DNA of 63,884 bases, counting the filler, from an uncultured bacterium (GTDB lineage: Bacteria > Latescibacterota > UBA2968), in the NCBI GenBank assembly GCA_964471275.1. It is 4 parts of 4 records of this genome, joined end to end, with 100 filler letters (N's around TTAATTAATTAA, not from the genome) between each part and the next. Parts side by side here need not be neighbours in the genome. Positions count along the whole stretch, not along the records: positions 34,599 to 51,255 come from CAYYGZ010000091.1; 3 more parts are not named here. One strand, 5' to 3'. The notes beneath the pieces were generated by a model. It saw only the letters and a program-made list of their open reading frames with translations. It had not been told where the DNA came from and did no database searches. The translations under genes were made by a program, and so were the position numbers. Positions 36,473-47,300 of this stretch are shown piece after piece (position 1 is the stretch's first letter; each line of letters begins with the position of its first letter).

Positions 36473-36509
36473 AGAGCGCGGTTCTCGGTGTTGGGAGCCG
36501 CGCTCTTTG
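36473..36509 (+). terminator. Terminator after ilvB
   Basis: AGAGCGCGGTTCTC-N6-GGGAGCCGCGCTCT followed by T residues. Confidence 0.7.
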
Positions 36510-36554
36510 TGTGCTCGGGCGTGGGGTGTGGGTGCATAAGGTTGGTCTTAGAAT

Positions 36555-36589
36555 AGAAAAGACCCGGGACTCGGTGAGCCCCGGATCTT
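36555..36589 (-). terminator. Terminator of the glycosylation operon
   Basis: Minus strand AAGATCCGGGGCTC-acc-GAGTCCCGGGTCTT then TTCT. Confidence 0.7.
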
Positions 36590-36612
36590 GAGAATAAGCA
36601 AGCGGTTGGGGT

Positions 36613-39594
36613 TCAGCAGGCTTGTTGTGCAGGAGGGGTGCTTCCCTCGCTGAGTTGTGCCAGATGCTCGTCGCAGAGGCAGACCGCGTCGGTGGCGCCC
36701 AGATCGACATAGACTTCGCGAAGCTTCCGGAACAACTCGGGTTCGGTCGGATAGGCCTTTATCTGATCCTCATACACCTGAACAGCCTTCCACGGCTCAC
36801 CGGTTGCCCGGTGGACTTCCGCAAGCTGCAAACCATACTGCAGGTTTTCGGGTTCGAGCAGATAGGCACCCAGGAACGCTAGCTGCGTGCACGCGATCAG
36901 GTTCTTCTCGATCAGCATACGCCCACATTCCGACAGCAGCCGACTCGTGTCCGACGAGCCGAGCTCGGCGGGCAGACTCGCACCGATCGATGGATCATAC
37001 ACCGCTGAAAGAACAGCGCGCAACGGAACAACGGCATCGGGCTGACTGCCAACCCCGCAGGCAGCGACACATTGCCCCAGATTCACATCCAGCACCTCGG
37101 TTCGCACGTCCCTCGCCGCAGTAAAGGCTGTGTATGCATCCTGATAGCGAGCTTCGTTGATCAGCAGGTGGCCCAGGTTACAGTTCGCGTCAAACCTTCC
37201 GCCCTCGTATGTAGCGGCTTTCCGATAGTACGTCTCTGCCTCTGCGGTATCTCCTCGACGCTTTGCCAGGAACCCCAGGTTCAGGAACGGCTCAAAGATA
37301 TCGATCTCGCCTGCCACAACCTGCTCAAACAACTCACGAGCCTTCTGATCTTCACCCGCTTCCAGGTAGAATGTGCCCCGATTGAATGCGTGCTGAAGGT
37401 TCTCCGGATCGCTCTCCCGAGCACGATCGATCATCACGATGGCCTGCTCACGTTCGCCAAGCTTCCGGTATACGGTGGACATGGCACCGAGCGCGGATGA
37501 TCGCCGCGGATCCAGTTCTACCGCGTCCGCGTATGCATCTAAAGCTTCGTTGAGAAGCCCTTTGGCCTCGAGATTCTCACCGATGGCAAACCGGATCGAA
37601 TAGCGTGTCGCGACCGGGTCAGTGGCCGAAAACGTGATCTTGTCCTCGTAGGTCGCGGCGCGCTCCAGTATGGCGAGGGCATCTTCGTGACGACCCATTC
37701 GCGTGTAGCATTCACCCAGCGTCAGGTTCGTCAGCGCGTATTCATCATCCAGCTCATACGCACGAAGCAGGTGATCCAGCGCTTCTTCATACCGTTCCAT
37801 TCGTATATGGCATCGGCCAAGGAACAGACGGGCGGTCGTCTCAATGATCAGGTTATGATCTTCGACGCAAGAACTGTCCTCGATGATTCGGTAATAGTAA
37901 TCGATCGCTTGCTCGAGTTCACCGTGGATGTAGAGCGTCTGCGCCGCGTGCGTCCGTACGATATAGTCATCTGGATGGGTCTCCAACCAGGCTTCCATAA
38001 TCGCCAGATACCGTTCCTGTTTGTCACGCACGACTTCCGGTGTCGTATATCCGGTGTGTACGACTTTGATATCCGTGGGTTCACAAATCACCCCCAGCTC
38101 GGCCAGTGACGGTGTCAGTTGCTCGTGAATCGGTTGCCGGAACTCAACGCCCTTGATGTTCGGAAACAGGCGGAGTTGCAGACACGTAACCGGTTCGTAA
38201 CCTTGATCATCCAAGATCCAGAAATAGGCCTTCTTCTTGCCCATCCCCCTTCGCATCGCTTCACGGATCCTTCCGTGCATCTCTCTCGGAAGGAGATCGT
38301 CAGGATCGAGCCAGATAATCCAATCACCCGTCGCCAGCTTCAGTGATTCATTCCGTGCGTCTGACCAATTGTTGTTCCACGGGAAATATCCCATTCGCGC
38401 CCCAAACGACTGCGCTATTTCCACCGTCCGGTCCTCAGACCCGGTATCTACCAAGACGATCTCGTCAACAAGCCCCTGGACACTTTCGAGGCACTTGCCG
38501 AGCCGCTCCTCTTCGTTCTTCGCGATCATGCAAAGCGTGAGGCGCCCACTGTCCTTCGTGTCGTTTTCAGCCATACGTTGCTTCACCCTTCTGATGTTCT
38601 CCTGAATCGTGGGGACATTCGGCGCGATCGCTTTGGCTCGGGTATAGAAGTCGAGCGCCGTCTCGAACTCGCCTGACCGCAAGCAGGCTGTTCCCAGGTT
38701 ATTCATCGCCTGAAAACTGTCCGGGTCGATCTCCAGGGCGGCCTCGTAGGCTGCCCTCTCACCCGCGCGATCCTCGAGGCGACCAGCTATCTCACCATCA
38801 ACCAGATGGACAAGGACTCTGTCGAGATAGGGGCCGGCTTCACGTCCCTCATCTATCATCCGAATGCAATCCGTGATGGCCATCCGCGCATCGGCGAGTC
38901 TGTCGCAATCTCTGTAAGCCAATGCCAGTTCATACCGGGCATTGGCATCTTCCGGATTGTCGTTTACTTTCCGTTCGGCCAACTCTGCATACACCGTGGC
39001 CTGACGTTCTTTCTCTACATACCCGTAGTGATGGACGGGCACGTCACAATCACCCACGCGCCATCCGGACACCTCAGCACTCGCTTCGATCAGCTCGTGG
39101 AGCGCCCCTTCGAAGCGCACATTCGGATCGTTCCGGAAAAGGCGGATCTTGGTGGTCGGAAACCATCCCGGATAATCGGCTTCCTGGGTGGCATAGGTAC
39201 CCGTGTTGGTCTGCCAGCCGACGTGCTCGGTCTTGCGTGAGTAATTCCGAGTCGTGATTCGATATGCGTCCGCCTCACCCGAGGCCGCCGCGGCCCGGAT
39301 GAGTGCCCAGTCTTGGGGGGCGATGGCCTCATCGCAGTCCAGGACGAGAACCCACTCTTCCGTCGCGAGATCCAGGCTGCAGTTCCGAGCTTTCGAAAAA
39401 TCGCTGACCCAATCGAAATCGGCAACGATCGCACCGGAATCACGCGCAACACGGACTGTCTCATCCGTGGAACCCGTATCCACGACGACGATCTGCTCAA
39501 CCCGTCCTCTCGCTCCCGTCAAACAGCGTTCCAGGAACCGTGCCTCGTCTCTGGCGATCATGCAGAGAGAGAGAGTTGTGTCTTCAGCCGTCAC
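36613..39594 (-). CDS. Tandem (GT2-TPR)x2 glycosyltransferase
   Basis: Two LCMIAxxE..VDTGS.D.T..ARN..LDxD domains each followed by TPR arrays. Confidence 0.92.
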   Translation of the reverse strand: MTAEDTTLSLCMIARDEARFLERCLTGARGRVEQIVVVDTGSTDETVRVARDSGAIVADFDWVSDFSKARNCSLDLATEEWVLVLDCDEAIAPQDWALIRAAAASGEADAYRITTRNYSRKTEHVGWQTNTGTYATQEADYPGWFPTTKIRLFRNDPNVRFEGALHELIEASAEVSGWRVGDCDVPVHHYGYVEKERQATVYAELAERKVNDNPEDANARYELALAYRDCDRLADARMAITDCIRMIDEGREAGPYLDRVLVHLVDGEIAGRLEDRAGERAAYEAALEIDPDSFQAMNNLGTACLRSGEFETALDFYTRAKAIAPNVPTIQENIRRVKQRMAENDTKDSGRLTLCMIAKNEEERLGKCLESVQGLVDEIVLVDTGSEDRTVEIAQSFGARMGYFPWNNNWSDARNESLKLATGDWIIWLDPDDLLPREMHGRIREAMRRGMGKKKAYFWILDDQGYEPVTCLQLRLFPNIKGVEFRQPIHEQLTPSLAELGVICEPTDIKVVHTGYTTPEVVRDKQERYLAIMEAWLETHPDDYIVRTHAAQTLYIHGELEQAIDYYYRIIEDSSCVEDHNLIIETTARLFLGRCHIRMERYEEALDHLLRAYELDDEYALTNLTLGECYTRMGRHEDALAILERAATYEDKITFSATDPVATRYSIRFAIGENLEAKGLLNEALDAYADAVELDPRRSSALGAMSTVYRKLGEREQAIVMIDRARESDPENLQHAFNRGTFYLEAGEDQKARELFEQVVAGEIDIFEPFLNLGFLAKRRGDTAEAETYYRKAATYEGGRFDANCNLGHLLINEARYQDAYTAFTAARDVRTEVLDVNLGQCVAACGVGSQPDAVVPLRAVLSAVYDPSIGASLPAELGSSDTSRLLSECGRMLIEKNLIACTQLAFLGAYLLEPENLQYGLQLAEVHRATGEPWKAVQVYEDQIKAYPTEPELFRKLREVYVDLGATDAVCLCDEHLAQLSEGSTPPAQQAC

Positions 39595-39603
39595 CTTATG
39601 CGT

Positions 39604-40140
39604 TCACTTGTCGGATGGGTTGATCGCGCCCAGCAGAGCGACATCTATGTAGGAATCGCCCTGAACCAGAGCGTCGCGCAGAACACCCTCACGCTCGAAC
39701 CCACATTTTTCCAAACAGCGAATCATCCGGGGATTCTTCATGAAGGGAGTTGAAATCACTTTGTGGCAATTGAGACAACCAAATGCGTAGTCCCGCATTG
39801 CGGAAATCGCTTCGGCACCGTATCCGCGATCCCAGCATCGCCGTTCACCGATCGTGATGTGGAGCTCGCAGCCTCGGTGAACGGGGTCGACGTTCCGCAG
39901 GATGCCGATCCCGATCGGAGCGTCGCTTTCGTCACGGATCCCAAAGACGACCGAATGTTCAGCGGCCAGATCACCTTCGATCGTCTGCCGGAACTCCGCC
40001 GCAGACAGCTCAGACGGATCGTCCGACGTCAATGCGATGATTTCAGGATCGTTATACCAGCCTCGTCCGAGAGACCAGAAATCGTCCTCAAAGGGACAGA
40101 GCGCGATGCGCTCTCCTTTTAAAATGACCCCGTGGGCCAT
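39604..40140 (-). CDS. RimJ/RimL-type GNAT N-acyltransferase
   Basis: IGERRCWDRGYGAEA, NPRMIRCLEKCGFEREGVLR. Confidence 0.9.
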   Translation of the reverse strand: MAHGVILKGERIALCPFEDDFWSLGRGWYNDPEIIALTSDDPSELSAAEFRQTIEGDLAAEHSVVFGIRDESDAPIGIGILRNVDPVHRGCELHITIGERRCWDRGYGAEAISAMRDYAFGCLNCHKVISTPFMKNPRMIRCLEKCGFEREGVLRDALVQGDSYIDVALLGAINPSDK

Positions 40141-40143
40141 CCG

Positions 40144-41322
40144 CTACGCCGCTGCTGTTGCCGGTGCTTTGCCGTTGGCTTCTGCCAGCCGGAGACCATT
40201 CTGAGGGCGGTCGGCGGCGAGTGCGTCCCTGACGCCATCTATGACCGCGTCAATCTGCTGATCGGTAAGCTCGGGGAACATCGGCAGCGACACGATACGT
40301 TGACACGCGGTCTCATACGCGGGAAAGTCTCCCAGCTTATAGCCTAGATGTGCGTATGCGGGTGCAAGATGGAGCGGGTGCGGATACTGAACGCCGCAGG
40401 CGATATCCTTATCTGTCAACGCCGCACACAGCTGATCTCGATCATCCACCTCGTGGACAAAGAGGTGGTAGACGTGTCGCGCATCGGATGCCTCCTCGGG
40501 AAGCTTCACGCTATCGAGATCCGACAGACCTTCTAGGTAGCGCTCCGCGTGGTCACGTCGGGCGTCGTTCCATTCCTGCAGGTAGGGAAGCTTGACATTG
40601 AGCACGGCGCCCTGGAGTCCGTCCATTCGGTTGTTGTAGCCAACGCTGTGATAGTAGAACTTCCCGCCCGGCAGCTGGCCGTGGTTGCGCAGCATTCGGA
40701 GCTTCTCTGCGAGGTCCGGTCTATCGGTAATAATGCCACCCGCATCCCCGTAGGCACCGAGATTCTTGCCCGGGTAAAAGCTGTAGCAACCTGCGTCTCC
40801 AATCGTCCCGACCAGACGGCCCTTGTAGACGGCACCGTGAGCCTGAGCGGTATCCTCGACGACCAGAAGGTCGTGTCGTTCTGCGATCTCCATTAACGGA
40901 TCCATGTCAACCGGATGACCATAGATGTGGACGGGCTGGATCGCGCGCGTACGTTCGGTTACCGCCGCCTCGATTTGATCGACCCGCATGGTGTAGAGAT
41001 CGGGATCGATGTCGACAAGAACTGGACGCGCCCCAACGTGGCAAATCGCTTCCAACGTCGCACCGAATGTCTGGGGAGTCGTAATCACTTCATCGTCTTT
41101 TCCGATACCCAGCGCTTTCAGCGTCAAAGTCAGCGCATCCGTGCCGTTGCTGACTGCGACGCACGAGCTGACACCGTGATAGGCCGCGTAGGCACGTTCG
41201 AACCTTTCGACTTCCGGTCCCAGGACGAACGCGCACGAATCGAGCACGTTTCCGATCGCGTCGTCGACCTCTTGCTTGAGCGCCTCATACTGAACGTGCA
41301 GATCTACCATCGGGATCTTCAT
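40144..41322 (-). CDS. DegT/DnrJ/EryC1/StrS NDP-sugar aminotransferase
   Basis: VSNGTDAL, PVHIYG, EDTAQAHG, SFYPGKNLGAYGDAG. Confidence 0.96.
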   Translation of the reverse strand: MKIPMVDLHVQYEALKQEVDDAIGNVLDSCAFVLGPEVERFERAYAAYHGVSSCVAVSNGTDALTLTLKALGIGKDDEVITTPQTFGATLEAICHVGARPVLVDIDPDLYTMRVDQIEAAVTERTRAIQPVHIYGHPVDMDPLMEIAERHDLLVVEDTAQAHGAVYKGRLVGTIGDAGCYSFYPGKNLGAYGDAGGIITDRPDLAEKLRMLRNHGQLPGGKFYYHSVGYNNRMDGLQGAVLNVKLPYLQEWNDARRDHAERYLEGLSDLDSVKLPEEASDARHVYHLFVHEVDDRDQLCAALTDKDIACGVQYPHPLHLAPAYAHLGYKLGDFPAYETACQRIVSLPMFPELTDQQIDAVIDGVRDALAADRPQNGLRLAEANGKAPATAAA

Positions 41323-41334
41323 AATCTCTACTCC

Positions 41335-44300
41335 TTACACCCCTTGGGGGCCCTCATTGGCCGCGACCAGCGTTTCGAGCTGGCGCAGAACACGCGTGGC
41401 GTTCTCGTGATCGGGAACCTCAGCCAGAACGTGTTCCAGCTCGGCCAAACCATCGCTCTCTCTCCCGTTATCTATCAGGAGAGCAGCCAGATGAACTCTG
41501 GTGTCATTGTCTTCGGGTGATAGGGATACGTAACCGGACAGTGCATCGATCGCTTCGAGGCCCTGACCAAGCTGCGCGTAAATCATTCCGATGTTGAATA
41601 GGGTGTCCGGGTCGTTGGGGGCGAGCTCAGCGGCCGCGCTCATGTGCTCGACGGCCTCATCCAGCCTCCCCTGTTCCCATAGCAGCACCGCGAGATTGCC
41701 CTGTGCCTCGGCAAATGCAGGCATCAGAACCAGCGCCTGCTCGAACCGTGCCTTCGCCTCATCGGTGCTTCCAGCCTTGAACAGACAGCGGCCAAGGTAG
41801 TTTTGAATCCGGGCAGAGTCGGGATACTTCTCGATCAATCGCATAAACGGTTCAGCAGCTTCTTGCGGCCGATCCATCTCCAGCAGGGCCGCAGAACAGA
41901 CCAGAGCGGCCTCGACATAGTCGTCCTTGAGGTCCAGCGCTTCGCGATACCTCTCAAGCGCTTGATCGTGTTCTTGTGCCAATCGGTGTCGATCCCCCTT
42001 GGCAAGCTGGTCGACGGCTTTACGCTCGCGAGCCTCTTCGATCAAATGGTCCCCCTCACAGTGCACGAACGTATCACGCACGCAAACCGTTCGGTATTCC
42101 TTCTGTCCTGCCCTGCGAACGAGATCATCGATGAACGCATTCGTCTGGAACGTTGCCTCGAACCCTCCCAGCTCGACCAGCAGGTCCCGGCGAATCAGGA
42201 CGCAGGCTGAGCTAACGGTATCAACATCACAAGTCTGTCCGGCATACCGATTTCTGACCTTGCGCGCGAACTTCTGTAATTCTCGTTTCTTGCTGTTGTA
42301 GCGGGCACCAACCCCCTGATCACCGCGTCCGCCGTTGGTTGAGGGAACGACAATACCGACCGAGTCGTCATCAAACGCAGCCAGCAGCGAGTTAAACCAG
42401 CCCTCGGTCACGATTGTGTCTTCTCTCATCAGAAGCACTACATCCGACCTCAGCTCACCGAAGAGACTGTTCAGGGATGCTCCCGGACCCAGATCTGAGA
42501 TCCTGGAATCCACGATCCGCTTGTTCAGTTCCACACCTGTGTACCGATTCAGATTGTGGCCTGCCAGCTTTCGATCATCGGAAGCGGAGGCGAGCAGGAG
42601 ACAATCGATCGTCATGGGGACAGAACCCGCAGCAGCCGTGACAGGCATCGTCGGCAGTGTAATCGTGCGCCGAATCGGACTTGCGCACACAGCCTCCAGA
42701 CGCTCGACAGCTCGATCGGATGCCTGATTCCAGGTCAGATTATCACGGACGTGTTCTCCGCCCAGTCTGCCTTTTTCTGATGCTTCTTCGGGATGACCGA
42801 GAACGTGGTTCATTTGCTGTATCAGTGAGTCGGTCTGAGGCTCGAAGAGCCACGTCTGACCGGCTGTCTCCTCATTGAAGGCGATATTGCGGCGGTCCGC
42901 CTCGACAAAGTAGGCGGTCTCCTCGACGCAGAAATCGTCGGTAGCTCCGCCACGCGTCACGATTACAGGCAAATCGCAGGCCATAGCCTCCGCGACCGGC
43001 ATACCGAAACCCTCGCCCCTGTATGGGTGAACCAGACAGTCACACGCTGTGTAGAGACCGGCGATGGCAGAGTCAGACAGTTCCTCCGTCAGATAGAGGA
43101 CCTCGGGGGCCCTTACGTCGCTTTGGATCTCACGAATCAGGTCGCCGGCGGACTGTCCCTTGTAGACGGTGTCGTCTCCCGTCCCCTTCACAACGAGACA
43201 GACATCGTCGTCCGCGGTGAAGGCTCGCCGATAGGCGCCGAGCAGAACATCGATCCCTTTGCGGTAAATTGTTCCACCGACAAACAGGAACTTGAACGTT
43301 TTGTCCGTCTCCAGTTTCACGGGATCGGCCCCGGCATTGAAGCGCTCACAGTCGACGCCGTTTGGTACGACCTGGATTCTGTCTGGATCGATCCCGCTGT
43401 CCACGTAGCACTGTTTTGCGTAGAAACTCGGCACCCAGACCTCATCCACCCGGCTCTGAATGGGTTCCACCCAGGCCTTGGGAATGCGCCCGAATTCCCA
43501 TGGCTGAACCATGATCCAGTGTCCGGCGGGCGGCGACGCAAAATCGGGCGGCCACTTGTGTCGGACGTGGAAGTCAGGAACGCCGCCTAACCGATGCTGG
43601 AGCGCTTTCGCGATCGAATTATATGTCTCAGGATCCTCCTCTGGCCCAAACGTTGGAGTCTCGAAGGGGATCAGCCGTAGTTCGACTCGGTCATTCCTGA
43701 GAAGCTCCCCCGTGATCGCCATGTTGACGATCGACAGACTGTGTCGGACAAACTGAGTGCCTTCCCAGACCCCTCTCAGCATCTTCCTCTCGCCCGGGTC
43801 CTCAACAAGGCCATCCACAACGGGCACAAAGCGCGCCTGAGCATCAAACCTGCCCTGGAAGCGCTCGCCAAACCTCTGCAGGTTCTGCTGCACGTGATTG
43901 TAGCGTCCCTCGCTTGTCCCTTCGTGGTGCTCGAGCACTGACTCGGGCACATAGCGGACTCGGAAACCGCGATCACGGACACGGAGACACAGATCCACAT
44001 CCTCAACACCGTTGACATAGCCTTCGTCGAACCCGCCAACGGTCTCGAACAGGTCGCGTCGGATCATCAGACACGCACCCGTGACCATATCAAGATCGCG
44101 TGATACGCTCGCCTGAGCGTCATCCTCTGGTGCATTCCGGAACACGTGGTCGGGAACGCCACCCACGATTTCGAGACCGGCGTGTTGTATCGTACGGTTG
44201 GGATAGAGCAACTTGGGTCCCACGATTCCCACATCCGGATCGGTGATCACCTCATACAGCTGGTCGAGCCAACCCTCTTCAGCGACCGTATCGTTGTTCA

Positions 44301-47300
44301 GGAAGAGGAGGTAAGGGCTGTTTCCGTGTGTGGCACCCAGATTGTTCCCTCGCGAGAAGCCCAGGTTCTCCCCGGGCCTCACGACGACCGCCCGATCGGC
44401 CCAGACATCCAGCAACTCACCTGTCCCATCCGTCGACCCGTTGTCCACGAGGATCACACGGAAGGCTACATCACCCTTCGTCGCTTCGAGACTCTCCAGA
44501 CACGCCTTCGTGTACTCGGCCTTGTTATACAGCGGGATCACCACGTCAACCTGCGCCCCCCGGGCCACGGTATCCAGGGCTTCTCCCGCACGCTTGTCTG
44601 CACGTTCTTCCGCGCGGGGAGAGGTGAGGACCGGGAGTGGGCGACAGACAGCGATAAACATATCGTCGTCATCCGTAACACGTCGCGACAGATACGATTG
44701 TCCGGAGACTTCTCGGTTCTGTGACCACGTCACCTGACCGAGAATGGCTTCGACATTGAAATACTCGCTCAGGGTTCGTTCGAACTCCTCACGGGTCATC
44801 TCCGTATGGTGATGCGGATTGTCCCATTGCTGTGCCACGAGCCGATTCGGTGTCGAGATCAGTGCCACACCACCATCACCGAGTACCGTCTGGATCCCTG
44901 CCAGATAGCTCGGTATCTCTTCCCGTCTGAGGTGCTCAATCACCTCGAAGGAGGTAACAACGTCATAGCGCGGCTCCAGGTCGAGCGTACGAACATCGCC
45001 ACGCTCCCACGTGATGTTCTCGGAGGAGTAGGTCTTCTGACAAAATGCGAGCGCGTCTTCCGCGATATCGACGCCGTGGACGGAATCGGCCACCAGTGAA
45101 AGCAATTTGCTCCCGTATCCGGTGCCGCATCCAGCGTCCAGAACACGCTTCCCCTCGCAGAATGTTCGTGCAAACAGATAACGCTTGATGTGTGGAATGT
45201 AGAGTGACAGATCCGTCAGCCCGGGAATCACACGTTCACCATCCAGGTCCAGCCCAATGTTTCCGTCCTCGCCAAAACGGGCGAACACAAACTGTCCGTC
45301 CTTGAAGGCGGGATCGTCAACCATCGCACCAAACGCCGCACTGACTTTCTCGCCGATCTGCGCCTGCACAGCCTCGTCGGTCTCCTGCAGGTACGAAGGG
45401 AACCATAGCACCGGGCTCTGGTCTGCATTGAACAAACGCAGACACTGCAGAACCATCTGGCTGCTGTCCTTCTTCAAGGCCACGTTGATCGTGTAGATAT
45501 TCCCGTCCATCGGGAGTCGCTCAAAGCTTACAAAGCCAACGCGCCAATCCTCCGTCGCGAAGAAGGCGTCGCTGTCTGACTTCGTGTAAGGCACCATATC
45601 GGAGAGATCCGTCACAAACTGTGGTTTAAACCGATCGAGGTCGACCGACACAGGGATCGAGGTCTGTTGCTTTGTCGCGTCGACCCAGATGCAGCGTAGC
45701 CCGTGAGACCACGACCACGAGACGTGCACACTCCCGAACCCGATCTGCCTGAGGATCTTTTCGATGCGATCCGCGGTGAATCCTGTCTTGTGGAACTCGC
45801 CCGGGTGTGTCTGCAGACCGAACAACGTGTCGAGTGGCCAGCCCCACCGGGCGTCTTCAGGGAGATCGATCCATTGCTGCGCGGCCCATTCGAGATCCGG
45901 CAGGTTCATCTGGAGTCTTCCCGTCGGTTTCAGAACACGGCACCATTCCTGGAGGGCCTTCGGTACCTCGAATTTGGAGAGGTGTTCGAGCAGGTGGGAT
46001 GAGAAGATCTCGTCAACCGACCCATCAGGCAGCGGCAGTCTAAAGATGTCCATCTTCAGGTCGGCATTGTCGACATAGGCATCGACATTGATATATCCGA
46101 CACGGTTGTCGGGCCCACAACCCAGATTCATTCTGACCGGCCCTTCCCACTGATCGAGGAAGGCTTCGATCTCCGCCTGCGTGCTGAAGACGGGATCCTC
46201 CGACCCCACAGGCTGGACCACAGACTCAGCTCGCAAGGGCTCGGAACTGACCCCGATTTTCTGATAGACACGTGGGCTGAAACTCGACAGCTCCTTCATT
46301 CCAAGACCTTCGACCAGCTGGTAGAACGACTCGTTCGTGAACTTGTCACAATTCAGATGGTAGGGGCCATGCTCGCTCTGATAGAAGGTCACCGTCAGAA
46401 CAAGGAGACCACCAGGATTGAGATGATCGATCAGCCTTCGCACAACTGCTTCTGGATCGACCACGTGCTCGAGCACATCCGTGCAGAGGATGAGATCGAA
46501 CACTTTACCCTTGAGCGGATCATCGCCTTCCGCCGACAGCATTCCGACATTGAGCCCGTGCTCGCCAAAGCGCCATTTTGCATATTCGAACGTCTTGCCC
46601 GGAAGGTCGGCGTAGTGCAGCCGGATACCCGGCACGCTTGCGACTTCAATCAGATTGGTACCGATCCCTGCGCCGTAGTCGAGGACATCGAAACCGCGAG
46701 CGCCGACATCCTCACTCACCTGCTGGCAGAGATTACGGATCGCTCCTCGCCATCCCTGATACATCTCGCTGGAGTTGAAGCGGGTCAGGTTGTAGAGATA
46801 GCGATCTGTCTGTTTGTAGAAAGCGTCGACATCGACCTCTGAGGTGCGGTCTCTTTCCCGCCACTCGTCCGCGAGCGCCTTGCCGGATACGTCCATCTGT
46901 GCACGGATCGCCCCAGGGCCCTCGCCCGTGTATCTTGCAAGCTCATCGACAGGGTCATCGGATGCAGATACGATTGCAGGATCCGGCAGGACGGCATCCG
47001 CCGCTGAAGCAACGTCGCCCGATCCAGGGTCGGTGCAGGTTGCCACGGAATCCCCGATCACTTCCCTGAGCATCTGATTCGCACGTGACGCGTAGGTGTG
47101 CTCGGCCAGAGCGACAGCACGCCCACGTGCAGCGATCTCCTCCCTCTCGACCTCGTTGTTCAGATAGTACGCTGCCAGATCCTCAAGATTCTCATCTTCA
47201 TAGATCGCAAGATGTTCGCGGTCCTTGAAGAGCATCTCCATGCCCGATTCCGCCGGGAGTCGATCTGTCAGCAGCAGACTTCCGGTGCAGAGCACCTCGA

